The notes: generated from the letters alone by a model not told the origin. Positions 1 to 9,184 are shown, counted from the stretch's first letter. The stretch is DNA of 43,697 nucleotides from Flavobacteriales bacterium (GCA_042089975.1 JBELJW010000002.1:1-43697); one strand, 5' to 3'. A program made the numbers and translations.

Positions 1-1
1 G

Positions 2-574
2 ATGGCAGATTCTGCCTTGAAGACCTTTGCCACGCGCAATGGGCGTGAAGTGTTGGAAGGTCGGGGGATCCTTCCCGATGTGGAAGTCGCTGCCCCGGAA
101 CTCTCCTACGTTTTGGCAGGATTGCTGGAAAAGCATGTCCTGTTTGACTTTGCCGTGGAAAAACGCGACGCCCTTGTGGCACCTGACAACGCCTCAGAAT
201 TTGGCTTGACCGAGGAGGTCTGGCGAGAGTTTGTGGAGCACGTGTCGTCCTTGGACGAGGTCCCCTACGCCTCGGGCACCTTCAAAGCCTTTGCTGCGCT
301 GGAAGAAACTGCCCAAAAAGAACGCTTGGCCCAAGACAATGTCCAAGCACTCGACCTCTTGAAGGAAGGGCTACAAGCAGACGTCGCGGCGGACCTCTCT
401 CGTTACGAGGCCTCCATCCGAAAGGCCCTCGAGCAAGAGTTGGTGGTCCATCTCTACAATGCCACGGGTCGCTACCAGCATGGGTTGATGGTGGATCCTG
501 TCTCCCTTTGGGCCGTCGCCTTGCTCGAATCCAATGAGGCCGCCCGCATCCTTGAAGGTCCGCTGAATCGGTGA
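2..574 (+). CDS. C-terminal fragment of an S41-family (C-terminal processing, Ctp/Prc-like) peptidase; 5' end lies outside the window
   Basis: The ORF is open from the window edge. The segment REVLEGRGILPDVEV resembles the conserved GI-PD-V block just after the catalytic domain of S41 peptidases. The catalytic residues themselves are not in the window. The TGA stop (572-574) overlaps the next ATG (574) as TGATG. Confidence 0.5.
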   Translation: MADSALKTFATRNGREVLEGRGILPDVEVAAPELSYVLAGLLEKHVLFDFAVEKRDALVAPDNASEFGLTEEVWREFVEHVSSLDEVPYASGTFKAFAALEETAQKERLAQDNVQALDLLKEGLQADVAADLSRYEASIRKALEQELVVHLYNATGRYQHGLMVDPVSLWAVALLESNEAARILEGPLNR

Positions 575-2085
575 TGGATTGGCCTCGGATCTTTCGAGGG
601 AGTTCTTTGGGGTGGTTCCTGCTCATTTGGGGCACACCTTGGTCGCATGCGGCCATGTCACTTGGCGTGGCATGGACAGGGTTTGTAGCCGTCAAAACAT
701 GCATCCGTCAACCCTCCAAGAGGCAACTTACAAGACCACTGAAGTGGCTTGGGCTGATGTTGTTGTGGCTCACGGCGAGTCTGGCGTGGACCGAGAACTT
801 GACGTGGGGCTTGCGACTGTTGGGCTTGCAATGGCCCCTGTGGGTGCTCTTGGCCGCCTGGCATGTGAGTCCACTGGGAACAGATGATGGACAAACCGCC
901 CGCCGGTGGGTCATGGGCAGCGCGATGCTGGCCATGTCGGGAGCGTTGGCGTGGGGCAGCCTCCAATGGCTCCAAGGTCACCCATTGGAGGGGAGGGAAT
1001 GGTCGCCTTGGATGTCGCACATCCGGCTTTCGCTCTTTGCTGCCCTCGCCATGGGCTGGAATGCCAAGGTGGGTTCGGGCAAAGAGCTCGGCCTTTTTGG
1101 ATTGGTTTGGGGAGGCTTCACCCTGGCCACTGGCTCCCTGACCAGTGTCATGTTGGTGCCTTTGACCCTTGGTTGGGTGTTGTTTCAACGGTCTGCCCCA
1201 GGCCAAAGGCCCATTGTGCTGTCCATAGGCCTCGTGGGAACATTGGTGGTGGCAATGGTCATGGGCCATTGGCTTCGGCCTGTGCCCCTCCCACACGACG
1301 GGTTGCCTTCCCACACCGCATGGGGCAATCCCTATGTCCATCAACCTGAACGCGTGCTCTCCGAAGGAGGCCACCGGCTTCATGTGTTGATGTGTGAGAA
1401 AGAGTGGGCAGAGGCTTGGCGCCAAGTCAGCCAAAAATCCCTTGATGAACAGAATGCCTCAGGCTACAGCATACGGCCAAGGTTGTTGCGGTATTTGACC
1501 TCCAAAGGATGGCCCAAAGACGGAGAACACATCGTTCAATTGAGCCCAATCGAAGTGCAGGCCATTGAACAAGGGGCCACCAACGTAAGGCCACGCAGTG
1601 GGCTCTCCCAAAGGCTGCACGCCTTCCGATGGGAATATGAAACTTGGCAGGACGGAGGAAATCCCTCCGGACACAGTCTCTTTCAGCGTTTGGAGCATTG
1701 GCAGGCAGGGTGGCATGCCTGGAACGAATCCCTGTTGTGGGGGGACGGCATCGGGGACGCAGAAGCGTCGATCCAACGCAGTTACTTGGCGCTGGACACC
1801 CCGCTGTCAGAAACGTTTCGCCACCGCGCGCACATGCAATACCTCACCTTGGGGATGACTGGAGGCTGCATGGCATTGGCGTTGTGGCTTGCCTTCGCCT
1901 TGAGTTGGTCCTGGCGATTCCGGGACCATGCGGTTGCGCAATGGTCCGGGCTCTTGGTCGCACTGAGCTTCCTCTTTGAAGACACGCTAGAAACCCAAGC
2001 AGGCGTTGTCGTCGTTGGTTTGGCTTTCGCACTCGGCAGTCACGCATTCAGCACAAGTGCCCGTCACTCACGAAGGACGAGCTGA
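574..2085 (+). CDS. O-antigen ligase-like (Wzy_C/WaaL superfamily) polytopic membrane protein with a large extracytoplasmic loop
   Basis: The N-terminal half contains many Trp/Leu-rich hydrophobic segments. A hydrophilic insert of about 170 aa follows. Next comes HRAHMQYLTLGMTGGCMALALWL, which resembles the H-N-x-Y-L...G block of O-antigen ligase family proteins, and then final TM segments. The gene sits next to LPS-core glycosyltransferase domains. I chose the start at ATG 574 (the GTG at 571 is one codon upstream). Confidence 0.5.
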   Translation: MDWPRIFRGSSLGWFLLIWGTPWSHAAMSLGVAWTGFVAVKTCIRQPSKRQLTRPLKWLGLMLLWLTASLAWTENLTWGLRLLGLQWPLWVLLAAWHVSPLGTDDGQTARRWVMGSAMLAMSGALAWGSLQWLQGHPLEGREWSPWMSHIRLSLFAALAMGWNAKVGSGKELGLFGLVWGGFTLATGSLTSVMLVPLTLGWVLFQRSAPGQRPIVLSIGLVGTLVVAMVMGHWLRPVPLPHDGLPSHTAWGNPYVHQPERVLSEGGHRLHVLMCEKEWAEAWRQVSQKSLDEQNASGYSIRPRLLRYLTSKGWPKDGEHIVQLSPIEVQAIEQGATNVRPRSGLSQRLHAFRWEYETWQDGGNPSGHSLFQRLEHWQAGWHAWNESLLWGDGIGDAEASIQRSYLALDTPLSETFRHRAHMQYLTLGMTGGCMALALWLAFALSWSWRFRDHAVAQWSGLLVALSFLFEDTLETQAGVVVVGLAFALGSHAFSTSARHSRRTS

Positions 2086-3809
2086 CGCATTGCGTCCAGA
2101 ACCTCCTGCTCCCCAATCTGCAACCCCCCTTCCTCGTCCAATGCCGATGTCGCCAAAACATGGGCTTTGCCCAGCGGCGCCCAACGGGCCGCCCAAAACG
2201 GTGCCTTGTCTCGGTAAAGCCCCACCACTGGCGTGCCCAACGCCGAGGCCATATGCAAAGGCCCTGTGCTGGAGGCAACCACCACATCCACATGGCCAAG
2301 TTCAGCCAAGAGCTCAGAAAGGTCCCATTTGCCGACCGCATCGACCAAGCCCGAGGAAGAGGACAAGCCGGCAAGCCAGTCTTCCAACGGAGGGCGTTCA
2401 CGCAAGGTCCCTGTGACCACCACCCGCCACCCGTCCGCCAAAAGCAAATCGGCAAGTGCCTGAAACCGAGGCACGGACCATCCGTTGGCAGACCCATGGT
2501 TCCCAGGATGCAGCAAGGCTGTAGGGGCCTCACTGACTTCTGACGCACCTGAGACAGGAGAGGGCCACCCCACCAAAGACGGCCAATCGCTTGGCTCAGG
2601 GAAGCGCCACGCTGCGGGGACGTTGAGCCCATGGAGCAGCCTCAATCCCTGCAGCGTTTCATGCACGGGACGACGTCTTCGGCTGTTCCACATTCGGACA
2701 TTGGCATGCCAAAGCCCCGACCATCTCCGCCCTGTGGCCACGCGGACCGGAACGTCGCATTTTGCAGCTGCAGCCATCAAAGTCGGCTCTGGAAAAGCAA
2801 ACACCACCGCATCCAAATTTTGCAACCACGACAGGGCATTCCCTTCGTCCTCTGGAGACCATGTTTGGACTTCATCTACGTGTTGAGACATGCTTGCCAA
2901 CGCGCTCGCATACGGCCGGCACACCCAAATGACTTCCATGTCGGGTTGATGCCACTTCAAAGCCCCGGCCAAAGGCAAGGTCAAAACATTGTCCCCCAAT
3001 CCATCTGTGCGCACCACAGCCACGCGTTTCAGCGGTCGACGGCGGTCCAATGCCGACACTTGCCGCCATTTCCAAAAGGCCGCCAGTGCACTCCATCTGG
3101 CAATGTCCCATCCCGTGCGTCCATCTCTCCATCCCGATTGGACCCCAAATTGCTTGGTCCACTGAAACACCGCGCGGGCCCATGGCTTGATCCATGAGCT
3201 CTTCGCGCCCTTGCGCACGGCGTCTCTTGCCCCAAGCATCGAAAATTGTGCCAGCTGCCTCCAATGGTCAGGACGACGTGCATAGCTGAAGTGCAACAGG
3301 TCCGATGCCATCGGCACCACCCTTCCCCCCGCGCTTGGGAGCCACTCCTCATGGAGCACCACCCCTGGTGCGGAGGTTTGCCACGCCCCCGCTCCTTTTC
3401 GCCAAAGTCGGGTTTTTCGGTCGGGGTACCAGCCGCTGTGGTGCACCCATTGTCCGCAGTAAGAGGTTTTCCGAGGCATGGACCATGCCACATCATGTTC
3501 CTCCAAAGTCGACACATCTTCCTTCCAATGCTTGATTTCCATTTGCAGGTCTTTGCCCAAGGCCTCGTCGGCATCCAGGCTCAGGACAAAAGGATGGGAT
3601 GCATGCTGGGCGGCCCAGTTTTTTTGGTCTGCATAAGAGGTGAAGGGACGGGAAAGAACCTTGGCGCCAAGGGACATGGCCAGATCCTGGGTGCCGTCGG
3701 TGGAGCCAGAATCCACCACCACAACTTCATCCACAACGCCCACAAGGGATGCCAAGCACCTTGGAAGGTTCTCAGCTTCATTGTGGGCGATGATGACTGC
3801 ACTCAGCAC
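2064..3809 (-). CDS. Bifunctional glycosyltransferase: N-terminal GT2 (WaaE/KdtX-like) fused to C-terminal GT9 (heptosyltransferase-like)
   Basis: The N-terminus reads MLSAVIIAHNEAENLPRCLASL..VDEVVVVDSGSTDGT..LSLDADE, a typical GT2 DxD-type fold. From about aa 265, VAVVRTDGLGDNVLTLPLAGALK, HPGNHGSANGWSV..RVVVTG and VVASSTGPLHMASALGTPVVGLY match GT9 ADP-heptose:LPS heptosyltransferase blocks. The frame is single and uninterrupted, with a GTG start at 3809. Confidence 0.75.
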   Translation of the reverse strand: MLSAVIIAHNEAENLPRCLASLVGVVDEVVVVDSGSTDGTQDLAMSLGAKVLSRPFTSYADQKNWAAQHASHPFVLSLDADEALGKDLQMEIKHWKEDVSTLEEHDVAWSMPRKTSYCGQWVHHSGWYPDRKTRLWRKGAGAWQTSAPGVVLHEEWLPSAGGRVVPMASDLLHFSYARRPDHWRQLAQFSMLGARDAVRKGAKSSWIKPWARAVFQWTKQFGVQSGWRDGRTGWDIARWSALAAFWKWRQVSALDRRRPLKRVAVVRTDGLGDNVLTLPLAGALKWHQPDMEVIWVCRPYASALASMSQHVDEVQTWSPEDEGNALSWLQNLDAVVFAFPEPTLMAAAAKCDVPVRVATGRRWSGLWHANVRMWNSRRRRPVHETLQGLRLLHGLNVPAAWRFPEPSDWPSLVGWPSPVSGASEVSEAPTALLHPGNHGSANGWSVPRFQALADLLLADGWRVVVTGTLRERPPLEDWLAGLSSSSGLVDAVGKWDLSELLAELGHVDVVVASSTGPLHMASALGTPVVGLYRDKAPFWAARWAPLGKAHVLATSALDEEGGLQIGEQEVLDAMRQLVLRE

Positions 3810-3814
3810 AATGG

Positions 3815-3822
3815 CGAAGGTA
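3815..3822 (-). promoter_or_regulatory. -7-like box TACCTTCG, 5 nt upstream of the GTG start of the GT2-GT9 gene
   Basis: The minus strand reads TACCTTCG-ccatt-GTG. The same 8-mer at the same offset precedes holB and the mlaE-like gene. It fits TAnnTTnG, against the Bacteroidota -7 consensus TAnnTTTG. Confidence 0.35.
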
Positions 3823-3879
3823 GTCGGGAACGGGGGTTTTTGTGGAAAACCTCTCGACCTGCTCGAAGGTGCGATGGTG

Positions 3880-3887
3880 TAATTTTG
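3880..3887 (+). promoter_or_regulatory. Perfect Bacteroidota -7 box TAATTTTG, 5 nt upstream of the purD ATG
   Basis: The sequence reads TAATTTTG-agtcc-ATG(3893). I saw no clear -33 TTG at canonical spacing. Confidence 0.45.
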
Positions 3888-3892
3888 AGTCC

Positions 3893-5170
3893 ATGAACGT
3901 GTTGCTCATCGGCTCAGGAGGCAGAGAACATGCCCTCGCATGGAAATTGCTTCAGAGTTCCTTCCTTACCCAATTGTTTGTCGCACCAGGCAATGCTGGG
4001 ACCGCGGAGTTGGCCACAAACCTCAAGGTGGATGTGAACAACCACAACGCCGTCAGCCGTGCGGTCAAAAAACACAACATTGGTCTTGTGGTGGTGGGGC
4101 CTGAAGCGCCTCTGGTGAATGGATTGGTGGACCACTTGCAGGATTGCGGGAAGCACCCAGAGTTGGTGGTCGTTGGACCGCGGGCTGCAGGCGCCCAGCT
4201 CGAGGGCAGCAAGTCCTTCGCCAAGGAGTTCATGAAGCGCCACAACATCCCAACAGCCGCGTACGGCGCATTCGACGGGGAACAGGTGAAAGAAGCTTTG
4301 GCCTTCCTGGCCAAAATGAAGGCCCCGTATGTGTTGAAGGCCGATGGCCTTGCGGCTGGAAAAGGCGTCATCATCACTGACGACCTCTCAGAGGCCGAGT
4401 CCGTGGTGAAGGACATGTTGTCTGGCGCTTCCTTTGGCGATGCCGGAAGGCGCGTGGTCATTGAGCAATTCATGGATGGCATCGAATGCAGCATGTTTGT
4501 CGTGACCGATGGCAAAGCCTACCACCTGTTGCCTTCCGCCAAGGACTACAAACGCATTGGCGAGGGAGACACAGGAGCGAACACCGGTGGAATGGGGGCC
4601 GTCAGCCCGGTGCCGTTCATGGATGCCGAGTTTCATGAAAAGGCGATCAACCAAATCATCATCCCCACCGTCAAAGGACTTGCAGCAGACGACATCCCTT
4701 ACAGCGGGTTCATCTTCTTTGGGTTGATGAAGGTTGGGGGCGATCCTTACGTGGTCGAATACAATTGCCGCCTTGGCGACCCTGAAACCGAAGTAATCGT
4801 GCCCCGCATCCAATCGGATCTCTTGCATTTGTTCGAGAACATGGGGGCGGGATTGCTGAGTGAATACCACCTGCAAATCGACCCCAAAACCTGTTCTACG
4901 GTGATGCTGGTATCTGAAGGCTATCCTGGCAACTACGCCAAAGGGAAGTCGATCACCGTTCCCGAACGAATGGAAAAGGACACCCTGCTCTTCCACAGCG
5001 GCACTGGAACATCAAGGGGAAATACCGTGACTTCGGGGGGTCGGGTGTTGGCCTGTTCTGCATTGGCAGCCACACCAGAAAATGCGCTCAAGAAGAGCTA
5101 CGCTTTGGCCGACGCCGTGTCATTCACCGGCAAAGCCTACCGCAAGGACATCGGACAAGACATCCTTTGA
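3893..5170 (+). CDS. purD: Phosphoribosylamine--glycine ligase
   Basis: The N-terminus MNVLLIGSGGREHALAWKL is the classic PurD start. ATP-grasp blocks are present (VLKADGLAAGKGV, EYNCRLGDPETEV). I moved the start from the ORF-track position 3842 to ATG 3893 based on the conserved N-terminus. Confidence 0.95.
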   Translation: MNVLLIGSGGREHALAWKLLQSSFLTQLFVAPGNAGTAELATNLKVDVNNHNAVSRAVKKHNIGLVVVGPEAPLVNGLVDHLQDCGKHPELVVVGPRAAGAQLEGSKSFAKEFMKRHNIPTAAYGAFDGEQVKEALAFLAKMKAPYVLKADGLAAGKGVIITDDLSEAESVVKDMLSGASFGDAGRRVVIEQFMDGIECSMFVVTDGKAYHLLPSAKDYKRIGEGDTGANTGGMGAVSPVPFMDAEFHEKAINQIIIPTVKGLAADDIPYSGFIFFGLMKVGGDPYVVEYNCRLGDPETEVIVPRIQSDLLHLFENMGAGLLSEYHLQIDPKTCSTVMLVSEGYPGNYAKGKSITVPERMEKDTLLFHSGTGTSRGNTVTSGGRVLACSALAATPENALKKSYALADAVSFTGKAYRKDIGQDIL

Positions 5171-5180
5171 ACGGCTGCCC

Positions 5181-5369
5181 TCACATCAAGGTCCCGTCCT
5201 TCTCGGCGCGGGAGTTGTACTTGGACTGAAGGCGCAACCAAAAGACGAGGCCCGCTCCTCCCAAGGCAATCACTCCCCAGTTCGCTCCGTCGCTGATGGG
5301 CAGCAGCAAAGTCTCAAAGGTCCATTCGATGAATTTGGCCACAGGGGTGATGATGTCTTGTGTGTTCAT
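5181..5369 (-). CDS. Small (62 aa) membrane protein, DUF6341-like
   Basis: MNTQDIITPVAKFIEWTFETLLLPISDGANWGVIALGGAGLVFWLRLQSKYN has one or two hydrophobic helices. It resembles the small conserved Flavobacteriia protein family. I chose the start at the internal ATG 5369, which has a TATTTTTG box 17 nt upstream. Confidence 0.5.
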   Translation of the reverse strand: MNTQDIITPVAKFIEWTFETLLLPISDGANWGVIALGGAGLVFWLRLQSKYNSRAEKDGTLM

Positions 5370-5386
5370 GGCGTTGGTTTGCGCCT

Positions 5387-5394
5387 CAAAAATA
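5387..5394 (-). promoter_or_regulatory. Perfect -7 box TATTTTTG, 17 nt upstream of the small membrane protein ATG
   Basis: The minus strand reads TATTTTTG-N17-ATG(5369). It lies in the 101-bp divergent intergenic region. Confidence 0.4.
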
Positions 5395-5460
5395 CGCAAG
5401 GCCACGAGAAATGAAACCTTCAAGGACATGAGTGCGTAAGGAGAAGCCAAACCCTATCAG

Positions 5461-5468
5461 TACGTTTG
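5461..5468 (+). promoter_or_regulatory. Box TACGTTTG, only 2 nt upstream of the adhesin ATG (ambiguous)
   Basis: This is a perfect TAnnTTTG match. The 2-nt gap to ATG 5471 is too short for a transcription start at that ATG. It may be chance, or the start may use flexible TSS selection. Confidence 0.2.
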
Positions 5469-5470
5469 CC

Positions 5471-8400
5471 ATGAGAGCGATCCTTACCCCCTTTGCGATG
5501 TTGTTTTCCCTTGTGATTTGGGGACAAACCTCACAACATCCTTTCCCCGAGTTTTCTCAAGAGACTGTGGATCAGGCCGTCTTGGCTTGGGAACAAAATC
5601 GTTCTTCTGCCCAAGAAGAGCCATCCGTTCCTCCCCGCGCCGCCGTGGAAATGGCCGCGACATTCAGCCGCGACATGTCCATCCATTCCGTAAGGCGCGG
5701 TGCATGGAATGATGCCACGACCTGGGATTGCCAATGCATTCCTTCGTTGGACGACATGGTGCAAGTGGACCATGAAGTCGGATTGTCCGAAGATGCCTTC
5801 TGCACTTCCTTGACCGTGACGTCCTCCGGCCAAGTGTTTGATGTGGAAGACGTCACATTGACGTTGGGCGGCGATTTGGTGGCCCTTCGGCCTTTGAGCT
5901 TGGACAGAGTGCATTTGACATTCACTGGAGAAGGCATCGACCACACCGTGGCCGCGCATGCAACGGTGGCCCGTTTGATCGCCCAACCTGGAGCGTCCCT
6001 CAGCCTTGAGGGAGATGTCCTGGTGACAGAGAGGGCCACGGCCGACAATGCCACCATCACGGTGGACCCTGCTGGCAGCTTGATCTTGGGCAATGGCCCC
6101 CTGGGGCGTGCTTCAGCCTTGCGTCCAGGAACTGGCGAAATCTTTGGCTTGGTGACCCGTGAAATCATTTTGCCGGCCACCGCCAACCACGGTACCTTGA
6201 ATACTGTGGAACAACGGGTTGCACTCGGCTTGGAAGGGGTCACAGTGGACCAGTTCATCGGAGACATCCCCACTTGGGGTTTTGACGGTGCCGACTCGTC
6301 GGAAGGATGGTCCAACTTGGGGTACTGGGATGTCAACTCTGCTTGGAGCTACAAGCAAATCACCTCCGTTCACGACTCTCTCCCTGTCGTCCAAGGAATC
6401 TACCTTGCATTGGCTCCTGCTGAATCCTACACGTTGACATTCAAAGGAACTTTGCCAAGCAAAGAGGTCACATTGGACGTCCCTGCAGACTTGTACCCAG
6501 CAGTTTTTGGCAACGCCCTCAACGCGCCATACAATCTCAATGCGATTGGCTCAGCAAGTGGGGACAAAGCCATCGATCTTAGCTGCTGGAACATCGAAAC
6601 TTTGCAATTTGACACCCATGTCCAAGGGCACTCGACGAATGGCCTCAATGGCGTCTTGAACCCCAACACCACTTGCCAGGTCCTGCCAAGCGAGACATTG
6701 GCCATTGCGTTCTCTTCCGATGATGTGGATCTGACGGAAGGAACGAATTTTGCAGAAGAACGCGGTCGAATTGTGTTTTCTCTTTCCAACCAGTCGGGTT
6801 ACTCGGACGAGGCTCTCCTGCTGCTGGCCGACAGTGCTTCCACGGGGTTCGTCTCCGCGGAAGATGGTCGAAACATCAAGTCTTGGTCTGCCTCATGTGA
6901 CCTGTACTTGTTGGACGAAAACAACAACCGTATGGCGATCAACCAAGTTGATTTTGCCCGTGAAGCCATGCATTCTTACGAACTCGTGCTTGCGGCCAAC
7001 AACCCCATTGACGGCGAATATTCTGTAGACGTCCGTTCGATGAATTGGACAGAGGGTTGTGTGCAGTTCACAATGGCTGGCGAGACCATAGCGCGTCCCC
7101 TCGTGGAAGGTCACTTGACCGATGTGACCCTCGATTCTCAAGCAAACAGCACCTACACCATTGGACAAGTGCACGTCATTCCTGAAGTCCGAGACATTTC
7201 GGTTTCTCCGGGATGTGAAGGGTTGGGCAGTCCAATGATCGAGGTCATCCCCAACGGGGAAGGGCCATGGACCGTGGCACTGACTGACGGCCAGGGCATC
7301 GCCTACGAAGGAGAAAGCGACAATGGATTGACGTGGGTGTTTGAGGACTTGCCCTCTGGCGAATTCATGTACGAAGTCCAGAATGAAGGCTCCTTTGTTT
7401 GTGGATCCCAGATGGGACAGCAACGTGTGATCCGTCCCACCAGGATGGTGTTTTCACACGACCTTCAGCACGACTGTGGTGAAGGAGGAGCAGCAATGGC
7501 ACAGGCCACAGGTGGCTCTGGAAGCATTGCCTATGCTTGGTCCAATGGCACAGAAGGAAATGCCGTGGAAGGAGTTGAGGGAGGCGAATACACCCTGGTG
7601 GCCACCGACGACTTTGGTTGCCGCGACACCCTCCACGTGACCGTATTGACTTCTCCAGAAGTCGATGTGATGGCCGTGGATGGAGATTGCGAGGGTTTGA
7701 GCCTTTCGGCCATTGAGGTCAACAGCGACAATGCAGATGCCAAGTGGGACGTGGAGATCCTCGACGCCTCAGGCGTTGTGGTGCGCTCTGCGATGGACAG
7801 CTCCACCCCCATCTTCTTCGATGAGTTGCCAACGGATGAGTACACCGTTCAAGCCTTGGTTTTGGGCGAGTATGGCTGCGATGCCCAACGTGAGGAGGCA
7901 TCCATCGTTCAGCCCATTCCCATGGCCCTTGAATTGGCGACTGTCACCCAGTGTGACGATGCCCAACTCGGATCCATTGAAGCTGCTGTGGAGGGAGGAA
8001 TGAATCCAGTGATTTCCGTTTGGAATGACAACGGAACAGAGGTCGACCCAGACGCATTGTTGGCGGGTCAGTACACCGTTGAGGTCCATGATGAGGACGG
8101 CTGCACCAAGGTGTCACAAGCCACTGTAGAGATGTCTCCACAAATGGAAGTGAACGTGCTCGACGCCAGCTGTCACGGCCAAGGCGAAATTGGGTTTGCA
8201 TTGGCCGGCGATGCTGGGACCACCTGGAACATCTCCGTGCAAAACGCTCAAGGAACCTCGATGTTTGAAGACGTGGCCTCCAACGGAACAGAGGAAATCT
8301 TGGGATTGGCCCAAGGCACCTACACCGTTTCCACCCAGTCCAATGCAGAGGACGGCTGTCCTGCCAAGACCACCATTGCAGCCATGGGCGAGGCTTCCGA

Positions 8401-9184
8401 CTTGGACGTGGAGGTGCACACCACGGCCATGGAGTGTGGGGACGAGGAGAGCGGAGAAATCCAATTGACAGTCTCCGGTGCCATCGGTCAGGCGCGCATC
8501 AATTGGAGCCACGGTGCCCAGGGCACTTTCTTGGAAGGATTGTCCGGAGGGGAGTACGAGGCTGTGGTGATGGACGACAACGGATGCACCGAGGTGGTTC
8601 GTGTCCAGCTGGACGAGACCCCAACGGTACGGGCCGACTTTGTGGCCCCCACCGGTGGCTTGACCGACGGGCAAGCAGGGTCTGGCATGACGCTGAGTTT
8701 CACGAACACGTCGGAAGGAAACATCACTGGAAACACTTGGTACTTCGGCGACACCGATGAGCCCAATTACGACCACCACGCAGTGCACACCTTTGCAGAG
8801 GCCGGGGCGTACGACGTCTTCTTGAATGTTTGGAACGACCAGTGCAGCCATACGGTGCGACAGACTGTGGTGGTCAGCGCCGGCAATCACCCCACGGAAG
8901 AAGACGAATGGAGCGACGTGGTGTCGAACATTGCAGAAGGAAACCTGAGCCAAATTCAAGCCCCCACCACCACGGAAATGGGTTGGATGATGGACCTGGG
9001 TGCCGCAGCGGACGGCATGACCATGCATGCCATGGATTTAACTGGACGTGTGTTGTGCACGCCCATCCAAGCGGATGGACAGGGTCAAATCTGGGTTGAA
9101 AAAGACCAATGGCCTGCCCTGGTGTTGCTCCGTTTGGTGCACGGACCGACCCAAACTGCACGGACTTGGAAAATGGTTCGGTAA
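5471..9184 (+). CDS. Large T9SS-secreted cell-surface/adhesin-like protein: N-terminal region, six SprB-type Cys-bracketed repeats, PKD domain, T9SS C-terminal sorting domain
   Basis: A signal peptide MRAILTPFAMLFSLVIWGQ starts at ATG 5471. Six repeats of about 75-85 aa span 7202-8629; one example is CGEGGAAMAQATGGSGSIAYAWSNGTEG..GGEYTLVATDDFGC. A PKD-like segment FTNTSEGNITGNTWYFGD...HTFAEAGAYDVFLNVWN spans 8630-8877. The C-terminus ends ...LLRLVHGPTQTARTWKMVR, which is typical of Por/T9SS CTDs. Confidence 0.8.
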   Translation: MRAILTPFAMLFSLVIWGQTSQHPFPEFSQETVDQAVLAWEQNRSSAQEEPSVPPRAAVEMAATFSRDMSIHSVRRGAWNDATTWDCQCIPSLDDMVQVDHEVGLSEDAFCTSLTVTSSGQVFDVEDVTLTLGGDLVALRPLSLDRVHLTFTGEGIDHTVAAHATVARLIAQPGASLSLEGDVLVTERATADNATITVDPAGSLILGNGPLGRASALRPGTGEIFGLVTREIILPATANHGTLNTVEQRVALGLEGVTVDQFIGDIPTWGFDGADSSEGWSNLGYWDVNSAWSYKQITSVHDSLPVVQGIYLALAPAESYTLTFKGTLPSKEVTLDVPADLYPAVFGNALNAPYNLNAIGSASGDKAIDLSCWNIETLQFDTHVQGHSTNGLNGVLNPNTTCQVLPSETLAIAFSSDDVDLTEGTNFAEERGRIVFSLSNQSGYSDEALLLLADSASTGFVSAEDGRNIKSWSASCDLYLLDENNNRMAINQVDFAREAMHSYELVLAANNPIDGEYSVDVRSMNWTEGCVQFTMAGETIARPLVEGHLTDVTLDSQANSTYTIGQVHVIPEVRDISVSPGCEGLGSPMIEVIPNGEGPWTVALTDGQGIAYEGESDNGLTWVFEDLPSGEFMYEVQNEGSFVCGSQMGQQRVIRPTRMVFSHDLQHDCGEGGAAMAQATGGSGSIAYAWSNGTEGNAVEGVEGGEYTLVATDDFGCRDTLHVTVLTSPEVDVMAVDGDCEGLSLSAIEVNSDNADAKWDVEILDASGVVVRSAMDSSTPIFFDELPTDEYTVQALVLGEYGCDAQREEASIVQPIPMALELATVTQCDDAQLGSIEAAVEGGMNPVISVWNDNGTEVDPDALLAGQYTVEVHDEDGCTKVSQATVEMSPQMEVNVLDASCHGQGEIGFALAGDAGTTWNISVQNAQGTSMFEDVASNGTEEILGLAQGTYTVSTQSNAEDGCPAKTTIAAMGEASDLDVEVHTTAMECGDEESGEIQLTVSGAIGQARINWSHGAQGTFLEGLSGGEYEAVVMDDNGCTEVVRVQLDETPTVRADFVAPTGGLTDGQAGSGMTLSFTNTSEGNITGNTWYFGDTDEPNYDHHAVHTFAEAGAYDVFLNVWNDQCSHTVRQTVVVSAGNHPTEEDEWSDVVSNIAEGNLSQIQAPTTTEMGWMMDLGAAADGMTMHAMDLTGRVLCTPIQADGQGQIWVEKDQWPALVLLRLVHGPTQTARTWKMVR

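Noticed and set aside
3815-3822. Possibility that the recurrent ACCTTC core base-pairs with 16S rRNA (GAAGGU near the 3' end) as an alternative Shine-Dalgarno.
   Set aside because: From memory, that rRNA segment lies within the helix 45 stem rather than the free 3' tail. The TTTG-type copies of the box also lack the complementarity. The -7 promoter reading fits all copies better. I have left it as an alternative in the main finding.
5461-5468. Perfect TACGTTTG box 2 nt upstream of the adhesin ATG, considered as another leaderless promoter.
   Set aside because: The 2-nt spacing would put the TSS inside or past the ATG. The next in-frame Met would destroy the signal peptide. I kept it only as a low-confidence feature.
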